This document shows, piece after piece, positions 23,966 through 36,977 of a DNA stretch of 64,000 nt. The notes under the pieces were generated by a model that was given only the letters and a program-made list of their open reading frames with translations, searched no databases and had not been told where the DNA came from. This DNA comes from Neoconidiobolus thromboides FSU 785 (lineage: Eukaryota; Fungi; Entomophthoromycota). The stretch lies in contig MU626354.1 in assembly GCA_025603075.1 (NCBI GenBank), positions 17,311 through 81,310 of the forward strand, written 5' to 3'. The translations under genes and the position numbers were made by a program. Numbering within the stretch: the first letter of the stretch is position 1; each line of letters starts with the position of its first letter.

Positions 23966-24831
23966 ATTTACTATATCTAAAACAATAGAACCAAATTAAT
24001 CTTGTAACTCTCATTTTATTAATATTATATATATAATCAGGCGCCAGGTTGGTTGTTATATCTTAAAGTTCAAATGGGGTAATTACCTTATTATCAAATA
24101 TAAACAAAGGTTTGAAGCCAAAACTATGTACTACTATTTGATTAAAGAGATTTTGCAAACAAGTAAAGTTAGCTATTCCTTAATTAGGTAATTTGATCAA
24201 AGTTGTAGAAAATATTAACTTATTGGTTAAAGGTTTATTAAATTTCTCAGCTATTGGCTATAGCTTAGAAATAAAAGGATTCGAATTATGGGTTGAAAAT
24301 TCAAATGAGATGAATTTATAGCATTAAACAACTTTGGGTGTCAGTGATTTGTAACAGCACTTTGTGCTACTCATCAGTCTTTTATTTTAAGCTATCAAGC
24401 AAGGATTTATACTTTTAATTGGTATTTATAAGGCAACTTTTTGAGATGGGGAAACTTTAGGTGAGACTATGCAAAAATTAGCAAAAATTATTGGACATGT
24501 ATCTCAGCCAATAATTTTCATAAAATTTTATTAAACAAAGAGAGTTCATCTTTGAATTAACAGGCATTTAAGCATCTTTAATAAGAGTCGTTGATATCTT
24601 AAATTATAGTATTAGGCTTTAATAAGATTTTCTTTAGTCAACTATCGTGAGGGAAGACATACGTAGTTAACGATGTTATCCTTCAAATAGGGATATGAAA
24701 ATCTGCGATTTTAACATCGTTTATTGCATTAGTTAAATTGCGAATTTTGGGCCATAGGATTTAAGTTGCAAATTCTGGGCTTGCAAAAAGATGAAGTTAA
24801 ATTCTTTTGACGAAAGAAATAAACTTTAAAA

Positions 24832-26598
24832 ATGGATCATCCAACACTAGCTAGTTACAATAATTTAACTTTAGTAAGGAAAAACACGAGTCAAAATAAT
24901 TCAGGAGTAGGGACACCAAACGCCAGTAATAAGACGAAGATTCGTAAAACGGTTGATAAAAATATTAGCGAAAATTTACAAGACATTATACCAGAAAGTA
25001 AACTATACAATAAATTATTAAAAGAAGAAAAAAGATTGGATGGCTTACTATTGAAAAAGAGATTAGATTACCAAGATATTAAGTTTAAGACTGGAACTAA
25101 AGTATTTGGCTTTTCATTTATTTAAATTTTTAACTTAGTTTTAGACGTTTAGAACATTGCGTCTATTTATCAGTAATCAAGCTGCTTATCAAGCAGATAA
25201 TACGAATTATCCAGACCCACTATACCAAGTTAACCAGGGTGAAATTCCTTCTTGGACATTGAAAATAGAAGGAAGAGTATTAATGGTACATTTTTAGTGA
25301 GTCAGATAAAATAAATTAACTTGACATTTAGCCTATTTCTGCAAATGGTAAAGCTAAAGGTGTAGCTAAGAAGTTTTCGTCTTTAATCAATTCTGTGGTC
25401 GTTGAGCTTGAAAGGGACAGAAATCTTTATCCTGAAGGAAATCTAATAGAGGTGATATTGTATATATATTGTTTTTGCATATGTATAACTTTTCATAGTG
25501 GTTCTCAAATGATCAAACACAAGAAGTAGATGGATTCGAAATTAAAAGACAAGGATCTGGAGAGGTTAAATGCAAAATAGTCATTCAACTTAATCAACCA
25601 TTGAATCGATTTAAACCAAGTTCGGAGTTAGCAGAAATTATAGTAATCGGCCAAAACCAAGAAAATAAAAGCAATTCAGGTTTATTTACAAGATCAGAAG
25701 TTGTTATAATGCTTTGGCATTATATTAAAGTAAATATTATATTCAGTGAACTCACAATTAACTGAACTTCATAACTAGTTTCATAAACTTAATGACCCTA
25801 AAGATTTAATTGCTATAAACTGTGATGTTAACTTAACAAAAGTAAGAAACTGAGAATTGCTTTAGTTTAGCTTAATTTCTATTTATATAACCATTTTAGC
25901 TATTTGGAATGTCAAGAGTTACCTTTTCACAAATTCCACAGCTGTTAGATCGTCATTTGCTCCCACCTGAGCCTATTGTTATTGATTATGTTGTTAGGTA
26001 TAATTAGCTTTTCATATAAAAATAAGATTGATAATAATACTTTTAGAACAAATAAAGAGCATACTAATTCACCGGTAGTATTTGACATTGAAGTAGAACA
26101 AGAAGATGAATTTAAAACGAAGTTAGGATCAATTTTAGGGAATACTTCTGCGAATCGTACAATTTTAAATTTAGATGATAAAGTAACTTTAACTAAATCA
26201 TTAAATGGCAAATAATAACTCATGATAATTAGATTAACCAAATGCTTGTTGAAATTCAACAACGTAAAATGAAGAGGGATTTTATGATGGAATTTATTAA
26301 TTCACCTGTTGATTTTATTAATAAATGGATGGATTCTCAGGCAAAAGATTTGGAAGTAAGAGCAGTATTATATAATAAGAGTTAAGCTTTATTATTGATT
26401 TTTAGGTTATCTTTGGTGAAAATCATGTCAATATGGAGGATATACGTCACTCTCAATTTTATGATCAAGATTGGGTTAAAGAGGCTGTGTTTTATTATTT
26501 AAATAATAAGGTATGATATTTGTTAAATATCAATAGCTATTAACTTTTTAATATTTTAGTCGCAAGAAAATGTTTCTAATTCAATGTTAAACAAATAA
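24832..26598 (+). CDS. SNF12: SWI/SNF-RSC SWIB-domain subunit (BAF60/SMARCD/Swp73 family), multi-intron
   Basis: PESKLYNKLLKEEKRLDGLL, TFRTLRLFISN, WTLKIEGR, DGFEIKR, LWHYIK, FINKWMDSQAKDL, FYDQDWVKEAV; TAA 26596-26598. Confidence 0.9.
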
Positions 26599-26707
26599 AA
26601 TTTTCAACTAAATATACTGTTAAGATCTGAAAGATTTTTGTTACTTCATTTTTATTACCTTTGTAACCTAGATTTTGTAGTATTTTATTGAATTTTAGCA
26701 ATTACCA

Positions 26708-27948
26708 TCAAACTTCCCATAATGAAATTTTACGATCATTAGAAGCAACAAATAAAGCTTCTTTATCTTCAAGGGTGGTACAAAGTAAAGAAGTGATTGT
26801 TCCTTGATGATAGTTTAGAGCCTTTATAAGCCTTAAACTTTTTTTACTGTATAATAAGACCTCCCCATCCGAATGAGCAGAAAATAAATAATATTGATTA
26901 GAAATACAAATAGCTTGAAGTTTGTCTTTAGTTTTTATCTTTTTCAACGAAATATCTTCAATATTGATTCTTAAATTATCCTATTGATTGATGAGTAAAT
27001 CGCTAAAAATCAATAAAATTGAGTACCTCTTTATTTTCTGAATATTTTAAAATTACTCGTAATAAGCCACCTTCATAACTAGAACAATAAAGGGAAGTGT
27101 AATCATTGTCTATAACGATACAACTTATTGTGTTATCCCTTTCAAATGGAGTTAGTTTCCAAATTTCTTTACTATCAAGGGTATTCGTTAAACAATTAAA
27201 GGTAATAGCGCCATCAGAGTAGGCCAATATAAAATAAGTATTATTATCATAATTATACCAAAGGCTATGCACCACATCTAATAGAATTGAGCAAATAACA
27301 ACAACTTATAATTAGTTTTACCTTCTTTTCTACCCGATTTTAACGTTTTTACCATTTCAAAACTAGACATTTGCTTTAAGTTTACGCTTACAATTTGAGT
27401 CTCTGCATTTTGCGTAGGGCAAGAAAAGTAAGTATTTTCGTTGTTTAGGTTGGTATTATCTAAATTGATAAATACATAAAATTATAAATAGTATGAACTA
27501 ATTACCTAACAAATAAACCTTACAAAAGTTATAAGAAGTAGTGGCTAGACTTTTTAAAAAGGTAGGCTTTTCAAAGTTCTTTTTTAATAACTGTTCAAAC
27601 TGTACTTCCCATTTCCAAAATGTAATACCTATTGCTCGATTGTAAACACAAAAATAGCCTCCTTTTATATCAATAATTTCTATTATACTATTTAACTCAA
27701 CCATTTTTTCGTCCTTATAGGGTAGCGAAATGGTAAAACATAAATGGTGAGTTTTCAAAGAATAAAAACTAATATCACCAGTACTATTACTATAAATATA
27801 AAGATTAATAAGGAGTCTTGTTTATGTTATTTAGTTACCCAACTAATAGAAATGGCAACTGAGTTTGATTTCGACACAAAAAATGTACAATTCTTAAAGC
27901 TGTGATGGTATGTGGTTGACCTCGATAAACAAAATAGGGTTTTAACAT
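26708..27948 (-). CDS. WD40 protein, ASA1/GNB1L-like
   Basis: N-terminal YRGQPHTITAL and C-terminal LIKALNYHQ...ASNDRKISLWEV* resemble Asa1/GNB1L ends; several introns. Confidence 0.6.
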
Positions 27949-27999
27949 TTTCAAATTTGAATTTTTAAACAAAAAACAAGTTTTTATCTTTCTGTAAAA

Positions 28000-28420
28000 A
28001 TGAGTTATCGAAATTTCAATCAAATACGTGCTTTTAGTATTAAAAGAACTTTATTTACAAATCCATTTAAACAGAACGATACTCTTTATTACAAATTAAA
28101 GCCAATATTGTTATTGTTGTTTGTTGGAAGTGGTAGTTTAAATTTACATTGGAGCAAACAACAGTACTTAGAAACGGAAATAAGCAAGGAAACAAAGATA
28201 ATGTTACTTAATGAAAGAATTTCAAATTTAAAGAACCAAATGAACATAGATGAAACTGAAATTAATACAGGTAATAAAGAAATAGTCCTATTTTAATAAA
28301 TGTTGATGTAAATATTCCTTTTTAGTTGAAAACAGAGAAAATGAGAGAAAAACGACCACTTTATTAAACGTATCTAAAGAAGAAAAATCAAAACTACCAA
28401 AGGGAGGCTATTTCTTATAA
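28000..28420 (+). CDS. Small single-TM protein with presequence-like N-terminus (1 intron, 28271-28325)
   Basis: Phase-1 intron joins to an exon ending PKGGYFL* (TAA 28418-28420). Confidence 0.65.
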
Positions 28421-29284
28421 TTTGGTCTTATTATTAAGTAAATATTGATTGATGATAGAAACCAACTGATCGATTTCTCCTTGTTTATCAAAAAAATGAC
28501 TTACACCTTCTAAAATAAATACTTGATGATTAATTTTAATCATTTCTTTAATTAAAATAGCGTCTTGATATTTGACCACTTTATCTTTCATGCCGTGGAT
28601 AGTAACCATCCCTTTAATATTAGGTTGGTTGTTTATATTATTATAAATATCTAGATTGAATTTATCACGCCATAAGAAATCATTATTACTAATAAAAATT
28701 TTTCTATTTTTTGGCCCTACTTTCCATACTACTTCTTTTCCTTTGCCAATCTTTTCTAATTGTTCAGGTTCAAACCTAGCCATGCTTTTTTCTCTCAAGT
28801 CTACTCTTCCAGATATATTTATTATATATGGAACGTTTAAATTGCAATCCAAGTTTGAAGCTAATAATAAAGCTATCGAGCCACCTTTCGAGTGCCCAAT
28901 TATCACCTCGACGTTGAACCGGATACCTTGTTCTTTAGTCACAACCTGGATCCCGTTATTTTCAAAATTAAAGCCATTCTGTTTAAAATAACTCAATACC
29001 TGAATAACGTCCTGAACCTGTTGTTCATAATCAGAATAAGTACTTTTACCACTACTTAAACCATTACCAGTAAAATCAAACGTAAACGTGTTGTAAGTTT
29101 TGTCTAACCCCTGTTCGATCCCATTCACTACAAAGCTTTCTTTGTGATTTAGTAGGCCATGTAAAATGATACATAGCTTGTTTTCAACTCCATTAGCCCC
29201 TGTAATTACTACTAATTTACCTACTAAGTGTCCCTCTCTTGAAGGTATTTTTAGTTCAAAATGGTGAGACATGCTTGATTTCAA
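28415..29284 (-). CDS. Alpha/beta-hydrolase (esterase-like), intronless
   Basis: ILHG oxyanion motif, FDFTGNGLSSG, GHSKGG nucleophile, HGMKD and GVSHFF (Ser-Asp-His). Confidence 0.88.
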   Translation of the reverse strand: MKSSMSHHFELKIPSREGHLVGKLVVITGANGVENKLCIILHGLLNHKESFVVNGIEQGLDKTYNTFTFDFTGNGLSSGKSTYSDYEQQVQDVIQVLSYFKQNGFNFENNGIQVVTKEQGIRFNVEVIIGHSKGGSIALLLASNLDCNLNVPYIINISGRVDLREKSMARFEPEQLEKIGKGKEVVWKVGPKNRKIFISNNDFLWRDKFNLDIYNNINNQPNIKGMVTIHGMKDKVVKYQDAILIKEMIKINHQVFILEGVSHFFDKQGEIDQLVSIINQYLLNNKTKL

Positions 29285-29612
29285 TTAAAATTTGTCTCTT
29301 ATTTTCAATAAAATAGACATAAATTCTGAGATAATTTGTACTAAAATAATTATTCAATATTACATAACGTACCTATAAGCTAATAAAGTAAATAATAATC
29401 CAAGCAGTTTTAATAAATTAAAAACATTCAACATGGTAAATATACATGAAATAAATCTTCAGTTAATCACCAAATTTTTATTATAATTAAAATAAATGAA
29501 CACAAAAAATACACGGAATATTGTTAAAATAAAATATTTGCTATCAAATACTAAATTGCACCTAAAAACGGTTACAAAAATAATTACAAAATACTAACAA
29601 AACTGCTATTGT

Positions 29613-32600
29613 TTAAGTAAAGGAGGAGGATTTAGCTTGAGCAGGTAAAGAAACACGATTCCTTGAAGGGGAGGAAGACAGATCCTTATTATATTCTGAA
29701 AGTAGAGGGATATTTTTATAAACAAACGCATCAAAATCTGGCTCGATATTCTTTTGATTATATGATGCCGAGATAGCTCTTGGTCTTCCTTTTTTAAGGC
29801 TGGCATGTTTAGGCTGTGGTGTAAAAAGTCCAGATTCTTTATCAGGCTTTATGACCTTGACTTGAACCTCTTCTTTCTGTTGGCTATGTCTTTTGTTTTC
29901 TTTACTTTCCCTGTCAGCCTCTCCACTCTCCATCATTATATCTACATCAAAACCATTTTCATCTTCTAATTTTTGTATATCTGGCCTTTCATTCCTCATA
30001 TCAAAATAACTTGTATCCAATAAGTCTTCTGGACACGGTTTGAAGGGGGCTTCTGATTCCCTAATGGTATCAAAGTCAAGTCCACTAAAGAAAGGATGTT
30101 CTTTGATCCTTTCTCCTTGCAACCTAGAATTAGGATCACTGTTCAGAAGACCTTTTATTAAATCTTCAGCTAAAGGGTCTTCGATTCCATCTTCTGGCCA
30201 TTGGATATTATGATCAAGTATATTTTTAAAAATAGCCTCTGGACTCCCATCCATAAAAGGTGGATAAGCACATAAAAACTCAAAGAGACATACGCCAAGT
30301 GCCCACCAGTCTACAGGAGTATGATGGCCTATACCTAAAAGAAGTTCCGGTGCTAAATAATCTGGAGTACCTAAGACACCTGTTTCTATTGCATTACTAG
30401 AATTTGTAACTTCATCCGTTTTAGGAGAAGGTAAAGAAAAACCGAATGGAGAATTCATCCCACTGTGATTTCGTTTTGTTGATTCATCTTTACTAACTGT
30501 TTGACTCCTTTCATTTTCTTTGACTACAATTCTAGAAAGCCCAAAATCAGTTAATTTAAGGTGACCATCACCATTTAATAGTATATTATCCGGTTTGAGA
30601 TCTCGATGAATTACTCCATTTTTATGGAGATAATTAAGTGCAAGCGCCGTTTCTGCCGTATAAAACCGAGCCATCTCTATCGTTAACCCTCCCATTCCTG
30701 TAATCAAAGAGCTTAGATCTCCACCAATGAGATATTCTTGAACGAGGTAGAGATAATTTTTAGAATGAAAAGCATAAAAAAGGTTGACTACATATGGCAT
30801 TTGGGCTAAGGACATAACTTTGCGTTCTGTCATTACTTCCCGTATCATATTTTTTCTTATCATATCATCTTTTCTTATGACTTTAATAGCAAATAAGTCT
30901 TGAGTAGCTTTTTTACGTGATAGGTATACTTTTCCAAAAGCGCCTCTAGAGATAGGTTTAATAATCTCAAAATCATTGATTTGAGGTATTTTCCCACGCT
31001 TACTACTATTGTTCGAATCACTTGACTTAGAACTGGTTGGCGAACTTTTATTTTTCCTAAGGCTGTTTTTTAACATTCCGGAAAGTAAAGATATTAGCTT
31101 TTGTGACATTGGTGAATCTTCTGAGCTTGTAGAACTTGTGTTGCTATTCGAACGATAAAGCTTATTCATATGGCGCAATCTTGATTCCGATACTTCTTTT
31201 GATCTACCACGACTAAAATAATTTGTAGTTGAAGTGGGAGAAGAAGGAATAGAAATAGAATCTTTATTTAAATGCCTTAATTTTTCTAAATAATTATCCA
31301 CAACGGACCTTAAAGAATTACTAACTTCTAATGTTTGCTTAGCGTAGTTCTTAACAAAGTTCAAATCTTTTGAAAAATACATAATTTCTTTTAGTTTCTT
31401 TTTGATCCAATTTTCTTCGTCGATTATATTTTCCATACAAAGTCCTAAAAGATCATTCGATTCCTTTTCTAATATTTTAATATGTTTTATAAACTTTTTG
31501 ACGATTGTTGCACCTTCTTGATTCAATTTTTTTTCGTTTAGTGCTTCACCCAGCTCACTTAAAATGACTCCATACTCATTATGAATTTCATGAAACTTCA
31601 TCTCATGTAGCTGTGTGATAGCACATTCCTCAGAGTGATGCTCAAAATCATGTTTATATACCGTCTCATCACAGATGCGACATACAATAGATTCAGTATT
31701 ATTGTCAGTTAGATCATTTTGTGATGTAGAAAAAGGCCAACCTTTAAATAAGCTAACATCTCCGGACTTTGTACGATTATGAAGTTGTAATGAACTCTCT
31801 TTATCGCGTTTTTTACTTCGAATTGGAAGAGTAGAACTACCTTTTAGCTTACTTTTATCAATAATCGATTTAAACCCAAAATTGTCCATTAGGTTTCCAA
31901 TACTATTTTTACGTTGCGGGGGATTCATAGTCTCGGTTTTTTTGATATTCATTTCTTTTTTGTCAGGCTTATTTAATTGAACTGAAAGTCGCCTTAAGAA
32001 GTTTGGTTTAGGTTTCGAGTTAACTGAAAATATCGAGGGTCTTCTTAAATTTTTTACTTTCTCTTCACTCTCAATGTAATTCGAAGAGTCGTATGATTTA
32101 CTTGCCACCATCATATTTGAACTAATTGACTGTTTTACTTCATCTTTGAGTGGACTTATAGGTTCACTTACTATCCCAGAACACTCTTCAAACTGTAATT
32201 TTGGTAAATTTAATCCCGATTGAATAAATGAAGTCGAATGCCTTAAAGGGGATGGTGAAATAGGTTGGGATAACAAGTACTGATTTTCATAGTGTTTTAT
32301 TTCCATCTCTTTTTTATTATAATCGTTCTATAATTTTTAATAATTGAATTAAAAAACATAAAAATACATACTATATACTCGGACAACCTACAGCATGGCG
32401 AAAACTCAAAAACTAACTTAGACAATAAGTCTTCAGCTTCTGCATTACCAACAGTCATTTTTCGTAACTTTTGTAACAGCAATCGGAACTCTTTCATAAT
32501 ATCTTGACAAACGGTACTGTTGACCATCATTTCAACTGTAGTTGTTAAAATCCTTTCTGCTAAAGTTTCTATTTTAAATAATGATATTGTATCTAAAGAT

Positions 32601-34242
32601 GCTAAATAAAGTTTTAGCTATTAACTTTTGAACTTTAATTGTATTACCCAAATATGAAGGAGGCCAGCTGTTTGAATGTAGCCTTAAAAAATGAGCGTTT
32701 TTTGAATGGCCATCTCGAGTTGAAACCTTTTTTACTTTGGGCAGATTAATCGGTTTAGAACTACTAAGCAATTGTTTAATATTTAGCAAAAGATTAAGTT
32801 TTAATACTTACCTATAAGATGAAATAGGTTCAAAAATTTCATGTTGATTGCTTTCTTCAGATTCCTCGTGCTTGATATGCCAATCACTTATAGTCTGTTT
32901 AATTCCTTTATCTGCTAAAACCTTTTCGATCCTAAGTTCCTCAATAAGTTGTTCTTTAAAGTGGCCAAGGCTTAAGGGATTTATTCCGGGGTCTAAAGAA
33001 CTAACTTGTTCCCCAGACTCAAAGCCTGGAAACAATTGCAGATTAACTCCTTGATCAAACGGTACTTCGCTGGCAGAAAGATAAGAACTATCTTTCAGCT
33101 CATTTTCCTCGATATCGACTGATTTTTTCCCTTGGTGATAAGATACTAGTGGGTTTGGTGTAGTAATCAATGAACCCGATCTTCCCAAGGTTACGGCAAT
33201 CGAGTTACTTCTCTTTCTAATCATTGGAACCGATACACATAAATTCTTACAATCGTGATTTACAAGGGAATTTTTGTTGTCTTGGGCGAATGGTAAATTA
33301 TTCAATTGACTAGATGGACTGGTTTCTGGACTTGTATAAATAGTTGAGAAATAAGGAGTGTTTAAAGAATGAGGAGAGTGGAATAGAGAATCATCAGTAT
33401 TTGTTGAATCGATTGATGATGAGAGGTAGTAGTCGCTTTGCATTTTACTATCGTAGTCGCTTGCATTAGCTCTAGAGTTGTAAGAGCTAGGCGAGAGATC
33501 TCTTTGCGGCAGCATAGCCCCACGTTTTTTCGCTAGATTCGATAAGCTTTGTACAGCTAAGTTTGATAACCCATCATTACTTCTTCGTAATCTGTTTATT
33601 CTATCATCAGAGCAACTAGATATCTTTTTATTATTGTTGGAGCCATCATTTGAAACTTCATATAATCCTTGAGTCTGATAGCTTTGGAAAGAATCCTCTT
33701 TGTTATCTGATCCTGTACTGTTTTCTGATAAAGACGGTAGGTCTTGTAAAGGAGATACCTTTAATGATGAGCTATTGGTGGAATTGGGTGTACGGAAACC
33801 ACCATACATTGAATGAGATCTTTCAAGTTGGTAAGGCGAGGTAGTACAAGGGGATAGATTGGGAGACTCTAAGGCATCTCTAAATGAATTCTTTCTTCCT
33901 AGCTGAGATATTTTTTTGTCTGATCCTATGTTGTCTACTGAAGTTGATTTTAAAGTCGAAATGGTTAATGCATCTAAGGAAGACATCGTTCTTCTTTGAA
34001 ACCAATTTCCTACATGCGCTAAAGGGTGTTTACTATCTAAAATAATATTAGTATAAGTTAAAGTTAAAGTATATTGAGATACCATTTGATTTATTTGTGC
34101 TTTTTATTGGTAGTGGAGGCGTTGGTGGGGGTCTTTGAATATTCAAAGTACCAAATTGAGAAGGTGAATTTGAAGGTAAAGAACTTAAATCTATGTCATC
34201 TTTTGAAGAATTCTGTCGAGAATTGATTGGTGCAGGCAGCAT
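29613..34242 (-). CDS. RIM15: Rim15/Cek1/Greatwall-type AGC kinase; five track ORFs are one gene with 4 introns
   Basis: In-phase introns near 34040-34080, 32764-32811, 32605-32650 and 32330-32375; LLSKLVFEFSPCCRL, C2HC CRICDE..HSEEC, DFEIIKPISRGAFGKV, HRDLKPDN, DFG, GTPDYLAPE, DWWALG. Confidence 0.85.
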
Positions 34243-35984
34243 ATTTTAACAATACTACTATTGTCAAGTCAAAAAGGTGGATATTTATTATTGAAATTGA
34301 GGAATGATTTTAATAAGTCAATATACAATCTAGTTTGATGTTATTTTAAATAAGAAAGATTTATTTTTTGTGTTAACCTTTAAATTTGAAACTCTTTCCT
34401 GCATTCACTTAAATTTTCAATCTTTTTTGATATGCAGAAATAGCTAAATTTGTACGTGACTGTGTTATTATTGATAAATCCCTACTAATATTTGAAATAA
34501 ACATGTTTTAAAATAGATCGAATTTCATTGGCTAAAGTTGCTATGGCTATGTGTACTTTAATTATTTTTTTGGTTAATTTTAATAACAACAAATATCAAA
34601 AATATCAACCTCAAATTATCAATTTTATATTCATAATTATAATCTCTATATGGTTATGTAATAAATCTTGTATATCTTATTGCTGTTAAATTACATATAA
34701 ATATTTTTTAAGTAAATTTAGATCATTAAATTTCATTTTTTTTATCTATATTTCTTTTGATTTCATCTTTTTGATTTTTTTTCCCATATAATTTATAGGT
34801 GTGGGAATAAAAATGATTTAGGTGAAATCACTAATTTTAAAATATTTTATTGTCAAATCATTTCATTATGTGACTATTTTTAATTCTAACCTTTATTGCT
34901 TAAATTATATTTAGGATTTAACTTATTGGTTTAACTAAGAATATGATTATAAAGAGTACTAATTTCTGATTCAATTTATTATTATTGACCCTTAAAATAA
35001 CACGTTTTAATGTCTAAAAATATTCTATTTATTTAAAACATATAATCTATAGAATACAGTATATGTAATTAAAATTGATATTTGAGTTCTTCTAGTGCTA
35101 TCTAATTCGAGCTTTTATTTATCAAGTCATTCAGTTAAATTTGTTAGAAACTATTTTGCTATTTTAATTATGCAACTTAAAACAAGTTTAAATTAACAAA
35201 ACATATGATAGCTGCAGCTCTATTGCGACTTGGCTAGCACTAATTTTTAAAGTCAATTAGTAGTTTGTTGTTTTCCAATACCTAACGCAGATTTTAAATT
35301 TAATAAAATTTTATCCTTGAATGAACAGTTAATTATGTTGCGATGGATCTGCGATAGGTGTATTTAGACATAGAATTCGATACTATTTGTCGTAAAAATA
35401 GTTTTAGATATAACTTTGTTTCTACCCAACTTTTATATACAATTTTTTAGCTACAAAAAGCACCATAAAGCTTTTGCTCTAAATCGCATGTTAAATGGTC
35501 TAATTCCTCCACAATTTGTAAACTTCTTATCTATATATGTTATAAAAGTCAATGTGAACTCATCGTTTCCATATTTTGGTTTTTTCAACTTGTCTTAAAT
35601 AAGGACATGAATATTTTTAGATATGTCATGGATCTAATTTCTTATTTTATTATTATACTAAATACTAATATTTATGATCTTTTTATATTGATGGTTATCT
35701 TATTATGAAACACACACAAATTTCCAAAATAAACACTATCTCCTATTTCTGAATTAAAGATTCATTTCATAACTCATTACACACAGCAAATTTGAATTAT
35801 TAACTTCAATTACAGACTACTTTATTCAATTTTCATACTCTTTTAAAGTCACAAAATAAAATAACATTTTAAAATGTTATTTTATATTTATAATTTTAAT
35901 TTGTAAAGTACTATAAAGTATACTATATTTTATAAACCTTGTTTTGAACTTATTTTAAATACAAAAGCTATTAAGATGGAATTT

Positions 35985-36078
35985 GGGAATATATTTCTTA
36001 AAGAATTCTACTAGCAACTTTTCCACTTAAATAGTGCTGTAAAAATGAAAAAAGTGATGAAACCAAAAAAACACTCCC
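35985..36078 (-). mobile_element. MITE copy, small deletion
   Basis: Core present, ends CACTCCC; flanks ATTT/ATAT. Confidence 0.8.
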
Positions 36079-36561
36079 ATATAGTCCATTAAAATATACT
36101 ATAAAATTATTTACACTATTTTTAATTTAACTCAATTTTAAATCTTTACTTTAAACATTTATTATAAGTATAGTTACAATCAGTTGTGAGATTTTTGATA
36201 ACAAATTAGCTGAGACTTATAATATAATACAGTTTAATCATATTTAAAATAAATTTATATTATTCTATAAACTATCGATTGGGTTACAATCTTTACTATA
36301 ACATTAATGTGTAAAAAAAACAGTAAATAACTTCTATATAATTTAAAGATAGAGCAAATATATAATACTAAAACAAAATAGTTTAAAGCCAAAAAAATAA
36401 TAATACTTACATTATAGTTCTAGAGCACTGTTAAACAAATGAAATGTGTTTATGACATTTTGTTTAATTTTCTAATATAGAATTTAAAAAAATAGTGAGC
36501 AAATTATAAAAAAGCGAATAGTTTTGTTTACTTTCTAATACATTTTATAATTCTTTAGAAT

Positions 36562-36661
36562 GGAAGTGTTTTTTTTGGCTTCATTGCTTTTTCTATCTTT
36601 TAAGTGTTATTTGAGTGGAAAAATTGTTAGTAAAATTCTTAAACAAGAAAAATACATCTCT
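36562..36661 (+). mobile_element. MITE copy
   Basis: GGAAGTG...CATCTCT; flanks GAAT/GAGT. Confidence 0.85.
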
Positions 36662-36977
36662 GAGTACAAATCCATATATCATTCGAAGTTTTTATTAAGC
36701 ATATCAATAATAAGTTTACTTTTCATATTTGACTTATACTTACATGCTATAGAAAAAAAGCCATAAAAAGGAAATATCAATCTCAATATAAATAGAACCG
36801 TTTATTAATATTAAAATGAATTAATATAGTTTTGATGATACGATTTTATTTTAATAAACCCTTAATTAAAATAGATTATTCTAATTGACTGAAATAAAAG
36901 ATTGAAAAAGCGAAGTACTAAGTTGCTAAATAGTGGGTAATTCTAAAGGAAATTAATAATCCAAATCCACTAAATGA

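Noticed and set aside
34078-34083. GTATCT donor in the kinase gene as a U12-type intron
   Set aside because: Lacks GTATCCTT and has an ordinary ACTAAT branch
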